Below are positions 1-12,200 of a stretch of 64,000 bases of DNA, piece by piece. Under the pieces are notes generated by a model. The model was not told the DNA's origin. It saw nothing but the letters and a program-made list of their open reading frames with translations, and ran no database searches. Within the stretch, counting starts at the first letter, position 1; every line of letters begins with the position of its first letter. The stretch spans positions 57,861,686 through 57,925,685 of the forward strand of contig NC_068982.1 of NCBI RefSeq assembly GCF_001194135.2, in the 5' to 3' direction. The DNA is from Octopus bimaculoides. Taxonomy: Eukaryota. Made by a program: the position numbers and the translations under genes.

Positions 1-225
1 CAGCCACTGCTGCAACAAATATCCGCCAGCTGTGTGCAATTGCAAAAGCATGCAAATTAAAACGGTAACAGATTGGCTGAATGGATTGTATGTAGGAAAG
101 AAATGACTGAAAGTGTAAGCATTCAAACAATACTATAGCAGTAGTCTTTACAATTTCAATAGGATTTTGATGGTTACAACATATATAAATATATATATAT
201 ATATATATACACATATATATACATT

Positions 226-281
<56 letters not shown>

Positions 282-332
282 TATATATATATATGTATAT
301 ATACATACATACATACATACCTACATATACAT

Positions 333-381
<49 letters not shown>

Positions 382-1738
382 TATACATATATATATATAC
401 ATATACACATATATATGACAATGAATATATGGGACCTTATTGAAATCCAAGCTATTATTTTTACTTTTCTTTGTCATGATTTTGATGTCGCTTTTTGCAT
501 TTATTTTTTTATCTGTATTTTTCTGATTTTACTTTTCTAAAAAGGAAATGGACTTTTTCCCCCAAGGTAGTAGGGGAGAGAAAAAAACCCCAAGAAAAAT
601 CAAAAAGAAAATAGAATGATGACAATCAACGCATACGCATTTCAAGTGTACACATACAAGAATAAATGCAAGTACGCCATCTTCCTATGCCATTATAAAT
701 AAGGCAAGTCACACACACATACATACAAACAATATGCAAGCCATTGAAATAACTAAACACCTATAGAGAGATAGCTATAGGCATATAAATATGTGCACAT
801 CAACAGAATGACTTGCACCCAATTATATTCCCGCAGACAACCAAAAAAGACAGCTATAAATGTCAAATTGGCTTGCTGACCAACCCATAAATACAACTCC
901 GCTTTGGTCCATTTACTTTCAGATTAAACATCCTTCTCTTTCATATAAAAATCATTAGATTATATTAGAAGATCAATATTGAAGAAGAGTAGGAGAGAGA
1001 GAGAAAGAGGGAGTGAGAGGGAGAGAAAGAGAGGGGGAGTGGGGTTGGCTGTGGTGGTGGAAAACATTTGTGTTTTGATTCCAGCAGGACACTTTTATTA
1101 TCCATAGCTGAAAAACAGCAGCCTGATTCTGGAATTTCTCTACAGGCAACCAGAGTTTGTGGGAGAGTAGAGAAAGAAAAGAGATTGGTGTGTGTAAACA
1201 AATAAATAGAAGGAAGGAAGGAAGGAAGAAAGAAAGGAAAGTCATATCTAGCATTGATGCTTGTTAAAAATCTAACAGCTATTGGCAGTGTAGTGTCATA
1301 ATGCTGAAATTTAATAGGTTTTTCAGTTTGGAAATATCAGATTGTCATACTGAAATGTTTTCAGTTGATCACAGTATTATTGCCAAAGAAGAACTGTAAT
1401 TAAGTAAAGACTAAAACTGAACCATGCTGTTTAACCCCAGGTCAGCCTTGATCAGACAGTCCTATTATTAAAAGAATTCCATTTGTGACCTTGTTTCTAT
1501 ATATGTGGATTGTTTTTTTCTTTAAGATGGCAGGGAATAATAATCTGAGGGAGATTTGGGTGTTATTTTTAGCAAGTTAAGCAACCAAGCAGTGATTCCT
1601 TTAGAACCAAACTGATATAAATATATTATTTGAATAAATACTACAAGGAGTCAAATTTGTACGCCTGTATATATTTAGTTAGGTTGTGAAATTAGGCTCC
1701 ATGACTTTTCAGCAGCTTGAAGTGAAGGCTGACATTAC

Positions 1739-1782
1739 CATTGGGATATTAGGATTGACTTATCTTTCCTTCCCAAGATGCT
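1739..1782 (-). CDS. Coding exon N (phase 0 to 2): SILGRKDKSILISQ
   Basis: Acceptor gctactttcatag, donor ATG|gtaatg, 44 nt; only phase 0 is open, matching the exit phase of M. Confidence 0.55.
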
Positions 1783-1878
1783 CTATGAAAGTAGCATGTA
1801 GACATACATACACACAGATATGTATATGCACACACACACACACATATATACACTTACATATATATACATACATATATA

Positions 1879-1944
<66 letters not shown>

Positions 1945-2389
1945 NNNNNNNNNNNNNNNNNNNNNNNNNNNNNNNNNNNNNNNNNNNNNNNNNNNNNNNN
2001 NNNNNNNNNNNNNNNNNNNNNNNNNNNNNNNNNNNNNNNNNNNNNNNNNNNNNNNNNNNNNNNNNNNNNNNNNNNNNNNNNNNNNNNNNNNNNNNNNNNN
2101 NNNNNNNNNNNNNNNNNNNNNNNNNNNNNNNNNNNNNNNNNNNNNNNNNNNNNNNNNNNNNNNNNNNNNNNNNNNNNNNNNNNNNNNNNNNNNNNNNNNN
2201 NNNNNNNNNNNNNNNNNNNNNNNNNNNNNNNNNNNNNNNNNNNNNNNNNNNNNNNNNNNNNNNNNNNNNNNNNNNNNNNNNNNNNNNNNNNNNNNNNNNN
2301 NNNNNNNNNNNNNNNNNNNNNNNNNNNNNNNNNNNNNNNNNNNNNNNNNNNNNNNNNNNNNNNNNNNNNNNNNNNNNNNNNNNNNNNNN

Positions 2390-2634
2390 TGGAGAAGTAT
2401 TTTATGGATAGAGTCTTACAGCTGTTTCTGGGAAGATCCAGTACTTCCCTTCATCGGAGACAGAAAAAATAAAGTAATCTATTATTATATCCATAGGCGG
2501 ATATTTTTAGTATGAAGTGGTAAAGAGTGCGATGTGCTGAAAAAAGAGAGAACAGTACTTGAAGTGTAGTTTCATTCCAGTACTGGATCTTCCCAGAAAC
2601 AGCTGTAAGGCTCTATCCATAAAATACTTCTCCA
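2390..2634. mobile_element. Inverted-repeat element, probably a Penelope-like pseudo-LTR remnant
   Basis: 56-bp arms at 2390-2445 and 2579-2634 with one mismatch; the left arm is cut by an N-gap; the arms carry the hammerhead-like motif. Confidence 0.55.
2413..2461 (-). ncRNA. Minimal type I hammerhead ribozyme-like fold (variant core) in a Penelope-like repeat
   Basis: Minus strand reads GTCT CCGATGA A GGGAAG TACTGGAT CTTCCC A GAAAC AGCT GTA AGAC: helix I GTCT/AGAC, helix II GGGAAG/CTTCCC, short helix III with palindromic loop, GUA site. The core has C in place of U4. Confidence 0.65.
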
Positions 2635-2855
2635 ACCTTACCATTGCTCTCTTTATCTTTATATTTTTATATATGTATATATATATATATACTTATATAT
2701 ATGCTAATATACAACTTATAATCCCCAATCCTGTTCATACAACGACTGGGGCAAACTAGTCGATATACAGCACTTACTCGGTATTACCTATATCCTCTTA
2801 GGTTTGGTTAAATCCAATACCCTCCTCAACCTTATATACATATATATACATATAC

Positions 2856-2908
<53 letters not shown>

Positions 2909-3400
2909 CATATATACATATACATATATATTGATGATGATATATATACATATACATATATATATACATATATATATACATATATATACACATATAGATA
3001 TATACATATAGATATATACATATATATATACATGCATATATAAATATATACAGGGAAAAAACTACCTCGCTTGGCAACAGGCGGGGGTTGGCAGCAGGAA
3101 GGGCATCCAGTTGTAGAAATTTGCCACATGAATAGTGCTGCGCATATGTATATACACTTTGTAGGCGCGGGCATGGCTGTGTGGTTAGGAAGCTTGCTTC
3201 CCAGCTACATGGTTTCGGGTTCAGTCCCACCGCGTGACACCTTGGGCAAGTGTCTTCTGCTATAGCCCTGAGCCGACCGAAGCTTTGTGATTGAATTTGG
3301 TAGGCGGAAGTTACTGCCGTGTGTGTATATGTCTGTGTATGTGCTTGTGCCTCTCTCCCAGAGAGTGAGAGAGGGATATATACATATACCTAATCAATAC

Positions 3401-3435
<35 letters not shown>

Positions 3436-4167
3436 ATAACATAAATAATATATAATTATACGCATATATCCATACATATATGTACATACCGACATCTATA
3501 TGTATACATATAAGCATATATGGGTACAGGACGTCTCAAAAAACGTTAAACACAATGAGAAACGAAAACATAAAGACAAAGACAGAAAACGAACTTTTTT
3601 TTCGAACAACGAAAAATACAAACAGAGAAACAAGACATGCAACATAAAGAATATTACCCTTCTTCAGTTGTCCCTGCTCCATCTACTCCGCGTTTCGAAG
3701 GCAAAGACAATACGTGACTTTGTTGGAGCAGTGAGAAAAACGGTAAGGGCTGTTAGGCCAAGACGATAGAAAAATTATTTTGAACGCTAGTTAAATACAC
3801 ACACACACATATATAGACTCATTCTTTCTACCATTTGCAACACTTCAGCACATGCCTGTTGACTGGCTTCTGTGTTTTAGCTTGTCTAACAAAGTCCCTT
3901 TGAAAAATTCAAATTTGATTGGAAAGAGTTCAAATTTGATGGCAAAGAATCCAAACTAAATCGAAAATATCTATATTACACAGATACACACCTCATTTTT
4001 AAGATGTTAAAGGGTGATTCGGCCGCTATGTCTAGCAGATCAAATGACCACTTAGAGATTACCTTGTAGTAGAAGTGGTAATGGTTGTAGTAGGAGGAGG
4101 AGGAGGTGGAAGGGGAATAGAAAATCAAACGACGGCATAGAATGGATCAAGTGAAACAGTCACTCAC

Positions 4168-4199
4168 AAGATCTGTTTCACTGATGAAATGATCCAGAT
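4168..4199 (-). CDS. Coding exon M (phase 1 to 0): (D)LDHFISETDL
   Basis: Acceptor tttccattttcattccaactcag, donor CTT|gtgagt, 32 nt; in frame with K and N. Confidence 0.55.
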
Positions 4200-4489
4200 C
4201 TGAGTTGGAATGAAAATGGAAACCTGCAGAACTGTCCAGCACAAGCAAACAGGGCAGAAAGTGAAATGGATTTTATGACAATGAAGATGGTGATAGCCAT
4301 CATTAACTACTAGTATTAGTCATGAGACGATGAGGAAAGTACAGACACCACCAGCACCACAGCCAGCAATAACAACAACAACAATAATGACATTATCAAG
4401 AGGATGTAGTTTTACCTTCCAGCAAGAAATATATCCAAGAGAATTTTGAATAGCTCTAGGCTGCTTATCAAGCTGTGTGTACTTACATT

Positions 4490-5025
4490 ATATATATATA
4501 TATATATACATATACAGACACACGCATATATATATATATATATACATATATATACATACATATACACATATGTATATATACACACATATATATACATACA
4601 TACATATATATACACACATACATATATATACATACACACACATATATATACATACATACATATACACATACATATATATACATACACACACACAGAGATA
4701 TATACATACATATACACATACATATATATACATACACACACATATATACATATACACATACATATACATTCACACATATATATATATTCATACCTATATA
4801 CATATATCTATATATATATATGTATANNNNNNNNNNNNNNNNNNNNNNNNNNNNNNNNNNNNNNNNNNNNNNNNNNNNNNNNNNNNNNNNNNNNNNNNNN
4901 NNNNNNNNNNNNNNNNNNNNNNNNNNNNNNNNNNNNNNNNNNNNNNNNNNNNNNNNNNNNNNNNNNNNNNNNNNNNNNNNNNNNNNNNNNNNNNNNNNNN
5001 NNNNNNNNNNNNNNNNNNNNNNNNN

Positions 5026-5094
<69 letters not shown>

Positions 5095-5100
5095 CACACA
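4490..5100. repeat. Compound (TA)/(CA)/(TACA) microsatellite; one example of dozens in the window
   Basis: Read directly; similar tracts at 180-415, 2825-3045, 27780-27900, 36885-37215, 53690-54100 and elsewhere explain the YI/HT/CV-rich ORFs. Confidence 0.95.
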
Positions 5101-5618
5101 CAAGCATGTATGGTTATATATATATGATTATGTATAAACATGCATACATATATTTATATAAACATGTATATATACATATTAATGTAATAATATAAATATT
5201 TTTTTCTGTGAGTTGGTATGTATGTGTTAGCAAGATAAAGTAATCCAACTACATTCAATATGCACAAGGAACTTTGTGTTTTGGAAATTCTGGTTACAGA
5301 ATTCTACACTTACGCAAAATTTAAAGTATGACCTCAAATTTTTTGATAGTATGCTCTTGGAACCATGTGCTAATACTAAGTAAACATTAGTGTCAATTAA
5401 GTGGTTCCAGTAGATGTGGTGATGGTGGTGATACTTTATCATCATTATTATTATTATTATTTTCCGCTTGATTTGCATTTCATTTCATTTCATCTTTCTT
5501 TTTTTGTGAAGGCACTGAGCTGGCAAAATGGTTACCATGCCTGACAAAATGCTTAACAGCATTCCATACATCTTTACATTCTGAGTTTAAGTTCCACCAA
5601 AGTTGACATTGCCTGTCA

Positions 5619-6059
5619 GGGTTGACGAAATAAGCACCAGTCAAGTACTGGGGTTGATGAAATAAGCACCAGTCAAGTACTGGGGTTGATGAAATAAGCA
5701 CCAGTCAAGTACTGGGGTTGATGAAATAAGCACCAGTCAAGTACTGGGGTTGATGTNNNNNNNNNNNNNNNNNNNNNNNNNNNNNNNNNNNNNNNNNNNN
5801 NNNNNNNNNNNNNNNNNNNNNNNNNNNNNNNNNNNNNNNNNNNNNNNNNNNNNNNNNNNNNNNNNNNNNNNNNNNNNNNNNNNNNNNNNNNNNNNNNNNN
5901 NNNNNNCACCAGTCAAGTACTGGGGTTGATGAAATAAGCACCAGTCAAGTACTGGGGTTGATGAAATAAGCACCAGTCAAGTACTGGGGTTGATGAAATA
6001 AGCACCAGTCAAGTACTGGGGTTGATGAAATAAGCACCAGTCAAGTACTGGGGTTGATG
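5619..6059 (+). repeat. 32-bp minisatellite expanded inside a SINE
   Basis: Unit ggggttgatgaaataagcaccagtcaagtact; about 9 visible copies on both sides of gap 5757-5906; no spacers. Confidence 0.9.
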
Positions 6060-6740
6060 TAAATGATTAGCCTCCACTCCGAAGGTTCAGGCCTTGGGCC
6101 TATAGTTGAAATCATCATCATCATCATCATCATTGTTATTACTATTATTAAAAAAGCAGATTAAATTTCTCAAAATAGCTGCAGAGTTCAATTTGTTCGT
6201 AACTAGACTGGGTCACACAGTGAAGTGATGATAGGTTATTACTAAGATGGTTAACTAAACAGCTTCAAAGAACAGGAAAATTAAAGAATAGCTGCATCAT
6301 ATGTCATGCAGAAGAAAAGCAGACTGTGAATATATTTCATGATTTATGAGTTACAGGGGCCAATGCAGTGCAGTTTCAGATGCATTGCTAAAGAATTTGC
6401 ATACAATAAATCCACCAAAAATTAAAACTAAAGCATCTCTTAATACAGTACGAGATGCCAACCATTTATGTTATATTTCTACATTCATAGTTGATAAACT
6501 AATGATTTCATGAAAGTTTCTGAATAAACAAAAGGAAGTTGGTTGGACATATATAAAATATTAGCCTTGCCAGTAAAATATTCAAGAATATTAAAAGATC
6601 ATCAATAATTCTATTCTCACTGAACAGGACAAAATTGGCAGCAGCAGAAAATGACTTCATATATTTGTCTTATAATGTCTGGAAACTTGTAACTTTTCCT
6701 ATCATCTTTAACCATTATTTTATTATTTCGGAATTCTTAC

Positions 6741-6788
6741 CAAATATATAACAAAGAGAATTTGTAACCCACACTTGACCTACAGTTT
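6741..6788 (-). CDS. Coding exon K (phase 1 to 1): (E)TVGQVWVTNSLCYIF
   Basis: Acceptor cttcttttgaaatatttcag, donor TTG|gtaaga, 48 nt; in frame with I. Confidence 0.6.
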
Positions 6789-7683
6789 CTGAAATATTTC
6801 AAAAGAAGAATGCTTTCAATCAGAGAATATGAGAATTTTGAGATACAAATTCTAATGCTTAAACTATATTTTCTGGATGTGAAGGAGTAAAGAGTTATTT
6901 GTGTCTTTTCATTTCTTATGATTACTTGCTGTCTTATTTGATCAGGGATCAAACTGGTTTTATCAAACATAACAGGTCAAACATCCTGCAGAAAGAGCTA
7001 ATAACTTCCTTTATATAATAAGGTCTTTGGTAAAAACCTGATAGTTGGAAGAATAACTGATGTCAGTGCTGTAGCTACTGCATGTGTCACCCACCCCACA
7101 ATCTGTGCCTCCTATATAAGCTTATACAGCAGACCCAAAAGTGCCATCCCCATTAAAAATATCATCCAAAGCAGAAACCCCTTTGCCTCTCCTCTCCTAG
7201 CTATGCTATTGGCTGTTATAACCTGAGATATGAAGGAATTTGAAGCACTGTTAAAATAAGGTCATTCTTGTAGTTAGGGAGAAAAATGAATAAATAATGA
7301 CAGTAACTTTAGGTAAACAGAGAATTATATTTCCTCTCTATTTGCAGTTGCGGAACAGCCCAGGATAGGAATCAATGGATGAGAGCAACCCATGACTAAT
7401 ATTATATAATGGAGACTAAGCATATGGACAGGCATCATTGATACAGAGAAAGATGATGAGCTACAGCTGTATCTTTTATCTTTTAGACTGCGGCCATGCT
7501 GGGGCACTGCCTTGAAGAATTTTTAGTTGAATGCATCAACCTCAGTATTTATTTCTTTTAAAGCCTGGTACTAATTCTATCAATTTCTTCTGTTGAATTG
7601 CTAAGTTACAGGGATGTCAAGCAGTGGGAGTGGGGGGAAGGACAAACACAGACACAAAGACACACACACGCACGCATATATAC

Positions 7684-7736
<53 letters not shown>

Positions 7737-8231
7737 ACAGGCTTCTTTCAATTTCTGTCTACTAAATCCACTCACAAGGCTTTGGTTGGCCCAAAACTAT
7801 AGTAGAAGACACTTGCCCAAGGTACCACACAGTGAGACTGAACCTCAGACCATGTGGTTGGGAAGCAAGTTTTGTACCGCATGGTCATACCTGTATATAA
7901 GCTTCCATTTAATAAACCAGGAGTTTGGAGTGTTGAACTACTGGACATATGTATTTCCTCTAAAGCAATTTGTTTGACTAAAACCTTTCAAGGCAGTGCT
8001 CCAGCATGGCCGCAGTCAAATGACTGAAATGAGTAAAGAAATAAAAGAATAGAAATATTTTGGGTTTTTTTTTCCATGTGTGATATGCCTAGGATGACAT
8101 TATGTAATATTATCCATTGTGTTCTCCCAGTTTTAAGATAGCAAGGTGTGATTTAAAGAAAATTTGGCAGCTATTTCTAGAAGGACAGGTAACCATAAAC
8201 AGGTTCTTTAACTGTATTGTGTGGAGGATAC

Positions 8232-8285
8232 CTTGCACTGGTGCTGAAACTAAAACTCTGATTTCACTAGCTAATGATACATAAC
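8232..8285 (-). CDS. Coding exon I (phase 1 to 1): xYVSLASEIRVLVSAPVQ
   Basis: Acceptor cattttagtttttcttcag, donor AAG|gtatcc, 54 nt. Confidence 0.6.
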
Positions 8286-9022
8286 CTGAAGAAAAACTAA
8301 AATGAATTTAAATATTTTACTCCTGTTTCTGTCCTCATTCTTCATCCCTCTCCCCCTTCTCTCTCTCTCTATCCCTCCCTCTGATTGAGTAACCGTGTAT
8401 CTTTTCCACTGCAAGACATCTGTTTCTATCCTTCTGGCACACTAACTTCTCATCATCTGGAACAAGGCCACCTCCTCCAATACCCCTCCCCTCAAAGGAT
8501 CTTTGTTACTTGGAGACCCTGCCAGTGCTGTTTCATCCAGTCCACACTGTAAGGTGGTTGGTGTTTGGAAGGACATCCAGCTACAAAACCCATGCCAAAA
8601 CAGGCCTTGCTGGTGCTGGTGCCATGTCAAAAAAAAGTGAGTTCACTCTATAAGGTGATTGGCATTATGAAGGGCATCCAGCTGTAAAAACCCTGCCAAA
8701 ACAACTGAAGTCTGGTGCAGTCTTCTGCTTAGCCAGCTCCTGTCAAACTGTCCAACCCATGCCAGTATGGAAAACAGGCATATGATGATGATGATGACGG
8801 CAATGGTGATGATGGTTCAAAGTTATGATATGAACATTGTAACTAGATTTCTCTTAAGTGAATAACTAAAAAAAAATATTAATTTAATTAGACTGGAACA
8901 TAGAGAATTTAAATTTTTCCACTATGTCAGAAAATTTTACGTAAAGAGATGGAGATATAAAAATACATGACAAAAATAACATAATTGCTCTTAAAGAAAA
9001 CACTGTAAAAGACACGACATAC

Positions 9023-9146
9023 ATATTAGCGATAAACTCTTGGCAACTAAACAATGCGTTAATGCCGTCATTATGAAGAGGCTTATGGAACAAGGCACGC
9101 ACACCGGATCAAATCCTGTCGAAAGAAAGGTCAACATTGTGAAAAG
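9023..9146 (-). CDS. Tentative linking exon J (phase 0 to 1): LFTMLTFLSTGFDPVCVPCSISLFIMTALTHCLVAKSLSLI
   Basis: Acceptor ctcctaattctatacag, donor TAT|gtatgt, 124 nt. It is the best phase bridge I found between F and I, but a competing stronger acceptor lies at 9116-9117. Confidence 0.3.
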
Positions 9147-9967
9147 CTGTATAGAATTAGGAGATTCCTTCATAGCTATGGAAAATTTGATTATGTGCTG
9201 AACTGCTAGTGTGACCAATATGTTGGAAGGCCAGTGACATTTGACAAATGTAATGACATTTCAGTATAATAACTAAGCAGGAGAAATCTCATCAAAGACA
9301 GATTAATAAGCAGAGTGATTTGCCAAATTGTATTAAGAATAGTCATGTATATTAAACATTTTTTTGTCAGCTTATTATTCTTTTGTTTCATTTACAGAAA
9401 AAAAAAGGAGGAAAAAAATTGAGAAAGGTCAGAGATAGAATATTTTTTTAAAAGTGTTTTATCTTGAAGATATTTTGTACTTTTTGCAGCTTTCTTTTTT
9501 ATATTTTGGAACTATATTTTTTTCTTGCTTTATTGTCTATTCTATTTCAGCTGATTTAAAAGACAAAAAAAAAAAAATGATATAAATTTCTTTTTAATGT
9601 CTTTTAGCTGTTCATTTAACCTTTTCTGACACCTGTCTTCATTTCTAAAATGACTATTTAAGAAAATACCATTTAAATTTTAACTTTTAAGTCTGATGGA
9701 TTGGTTAGATTTAATCTGAATATTTCTGCTTCTCCTCAAGTTTAAAGGTGGCCCCACAGAATGCCACTACCTCTAAACTGAAGAAGAAATGTTTAGTTTA
9801 AATCTTAACTGCAGGTATGTTGAGTCTGTGTGTTAAGTGGCATATTTAGTTGTAGTCCTTTTACTCCTGAAAATGGGCAGTCGTGAGTTGTATATCAACT
9901 TCTTATATTTATTTCTGAAGCAATCAAACAAGTCATCTTACACGTGTGCACACACACACACACTTAC

Positions 9968-10118
9968 ACAGAACTTCCCCTTAAATTTATCAATATCAAT
10001 TTCAATCTCGTCAACATCAGGTTCAAATTCATCATGATCAGCCTCAATTTTGCTAAATTCAATTTCAATAACATTGTTGTCTTTCTTGACTTCATTATAG
10101 TGAGTTTTAATTGAGTCA
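9968..10118 (-). CDS. Coding exon F (phase 2 to 0): (S)DSIKTHYNEVKKDNNVIEIEFSKIEADHDEFEPDVDEIEIDIDKFKGKFC
   Basis: Acceptor tatttatttctgccag, donor TGT|gtaagt, 151 nt, acidic peptide; lies within ORF-track entry 9938-10138. Confidence 0.7.
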
Positions 10119-10793
10119 CTGGCAGAAATAAATAGCATCAGTTTAACCTTTTATTATTATTCTCATTTCTTACCTCTTTTAATATGTTTCTCCAAAAATT
10201 CAACAAACATCTTTAGTAACCAAAATTAGGAGTAGTAAATATATATTCCATTTTGGAATGAACAAGAGAAGAGAAGACATGTGAGATAGAGAGTTGCTGA
10301 AGAGGTCACAGAATGTGTGATGTAAGAACATTGACAAAGGAACAAAAATAATGGTAATAACACTGAAGTGAAGACCAAATGTATAGTGCATGTATTTAAT
10401 TGGCAAAATATGACCATCACTGAGTATAACAATATATATCTATATATATTTGTGTGTGCATATATAAACATGGAAAAATTTCAGGTCTTGTATTTACACA
10501 AGTAATGCTAATCAATATCATATTAACAGACTGATAGATAGATAGATAGATTGAGAGACTAAGAGAAAGAGAGAGTAAAACGGAAGACACTTAACATTAT
10601 CTCACATTTTTTTTATATGTATTGGATGGAACCGTGAAAACAGTGATTGCATTCCAATAAAAATTGCTGTGGGGCTAACAACATCCTTAGATGGGGTGCG
10701 AGCAGTGACAAGAGACACTATTTATGCAATTGAGTTCATAAGGGGACTTGTCAGAAAATAAATCATCATAAGCAATACTAAAAACACAAATAT

Positions 10794-10839
<46 letters not shown>

Positions 10840-11829
10840 TATATACACATACATACTTATCCACATTCACACACACAAAGACTGGATTTTACTATCCCTC
10901 TTCCTTTGTGTTATACATATATCCACATACATACATATATACATACATATTATACATATATATATATGTGTGTGTGTGTGTGCATGTATATACACATATA
11001 CATACACACACACATATATATTTATGTATATACATATATTAATGTGTATATATATATATATATATATATNNNNNNNNNNNNNNNNNNNNNNNNNNNNNNN
11101 NNNNNNNNNNNNNNNNNNNNNNNNNNNNNNNNNNNNNNNNNNNNNNNNNNNNNNNNNNNNNNNNNNNNNNNNNNNNNNNNNNNNNNNNNNNNNNNNNNNN
11201 NNNNNNNNNNNNNNNNNNNNNNNNNNNNNNNNNNNNNNNNNNNNNNNNNNNNNNNNNNNNNNNNNNNNNNNNNNNNNNNNNNNNNNNNNNNNNNNNNNNN
11301 NNNNNNNNNNNNNNNNNNNNNNNNNNNNNNNNNNNNNNNNNNNNNNNNNNNNNNNNNNNNNNNNNNNNNNNNNNNNNNNNNNNNNNNNNNNNNNNNNNNN
11401 NNNNNNNNNNNNNNNNNNNNNNNNNNNNNNNNNNNNNNNNNNNNNNNNNNNNNNNNNNNNNNNNNNNNNNNNNNNNNNNNNNNNNNNNNNNNNNNNNNNN
11501 NNNNNNNNNNNNNNNNNNNNNNNNNNNNNNNNNNNNNNNNNNNNNNNNNNNNNNNNNNNNNNNNNNNNNNNNNNNNNNNNNNNNNNNNNNNNNNNNNNNN
11601 NNNNNNNNNNNNNNNNNNNNNNNNNNNNNNNNNNNNNNNNNNNNNNNNNNNNNNNNNNNNNNNNNNNNNNNNNNNNNNNNNNNNNNNNNNNNNNNNNNNN
11701 NNNNNNNNNNNNNNNNNNNNNNNNNNNNNNNNNNNNNNNNNNATATATATATATATATCATATCATATCATATCATATCAAATATCACCATCATTGCTTA
11801 ATGCCAGATCTTTTTAGTTATTTACTCTG

Positions 11830-12200
11830 AAATCACTAATTAGTAGCCTCTGTTGGGTGGTAATTTCTTGACCCGAAAATGACTTATAACTCACAACCAT
11901 CTATTTATTCCGGTTTCTAGTGGGTATAAAGTCTATTTGGTCTGTGTGTTCATCTGATTGGTAGATGAGCAAGTGGATGGTGACTTTTCTGCAGATACAA
12001 TTTCAAAGATTGGGTCATTTTACTCTCAGAAGTTTAGCAGCTCTGATCACTCTTATTCCTCATACCATAACAATTGCTAACAATTGCCTTCATGTATACC
12101 AGAAGTTTTCTTGGTGTTGTCTCAAATAAATTGCCAGCCTTAATCATGAGGACAGGATACTGTCAGTTGTTATAGAAGTTGTTTACAAAAGCATCTCATT
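11830..12200 (-). mobile_element. Decayed RTE AP-endonuclease fragment
   Basis: TDQIDFIPTRNRNK*MVVSYKSFSGQEITTQQRLLISDFR resembles the RTE motif SQIDYIL...CKVIPGE..TQHRLLV.D. Confidence 0.6.

Noticed and set aside
5619-6059. CRISPR-like array of 32-bp repeats
   Set aside because: Units are contiguous with no spacers, derive from a SINE core, and no cas genes are present.
6170-6480. Possible hAT transposase relic (HSEV..., IFHDL*ELQGP)
   Set aside because: Resemblance is limited to a few residues across several frameshifts; not supportable without an alignment.
10606-10666. Alternative phase 1-to-2 exon IFIGMQSLFSRFHPIHIKK
   Set aside because: Weak acceptor; exon H fills the same role with much better sites.
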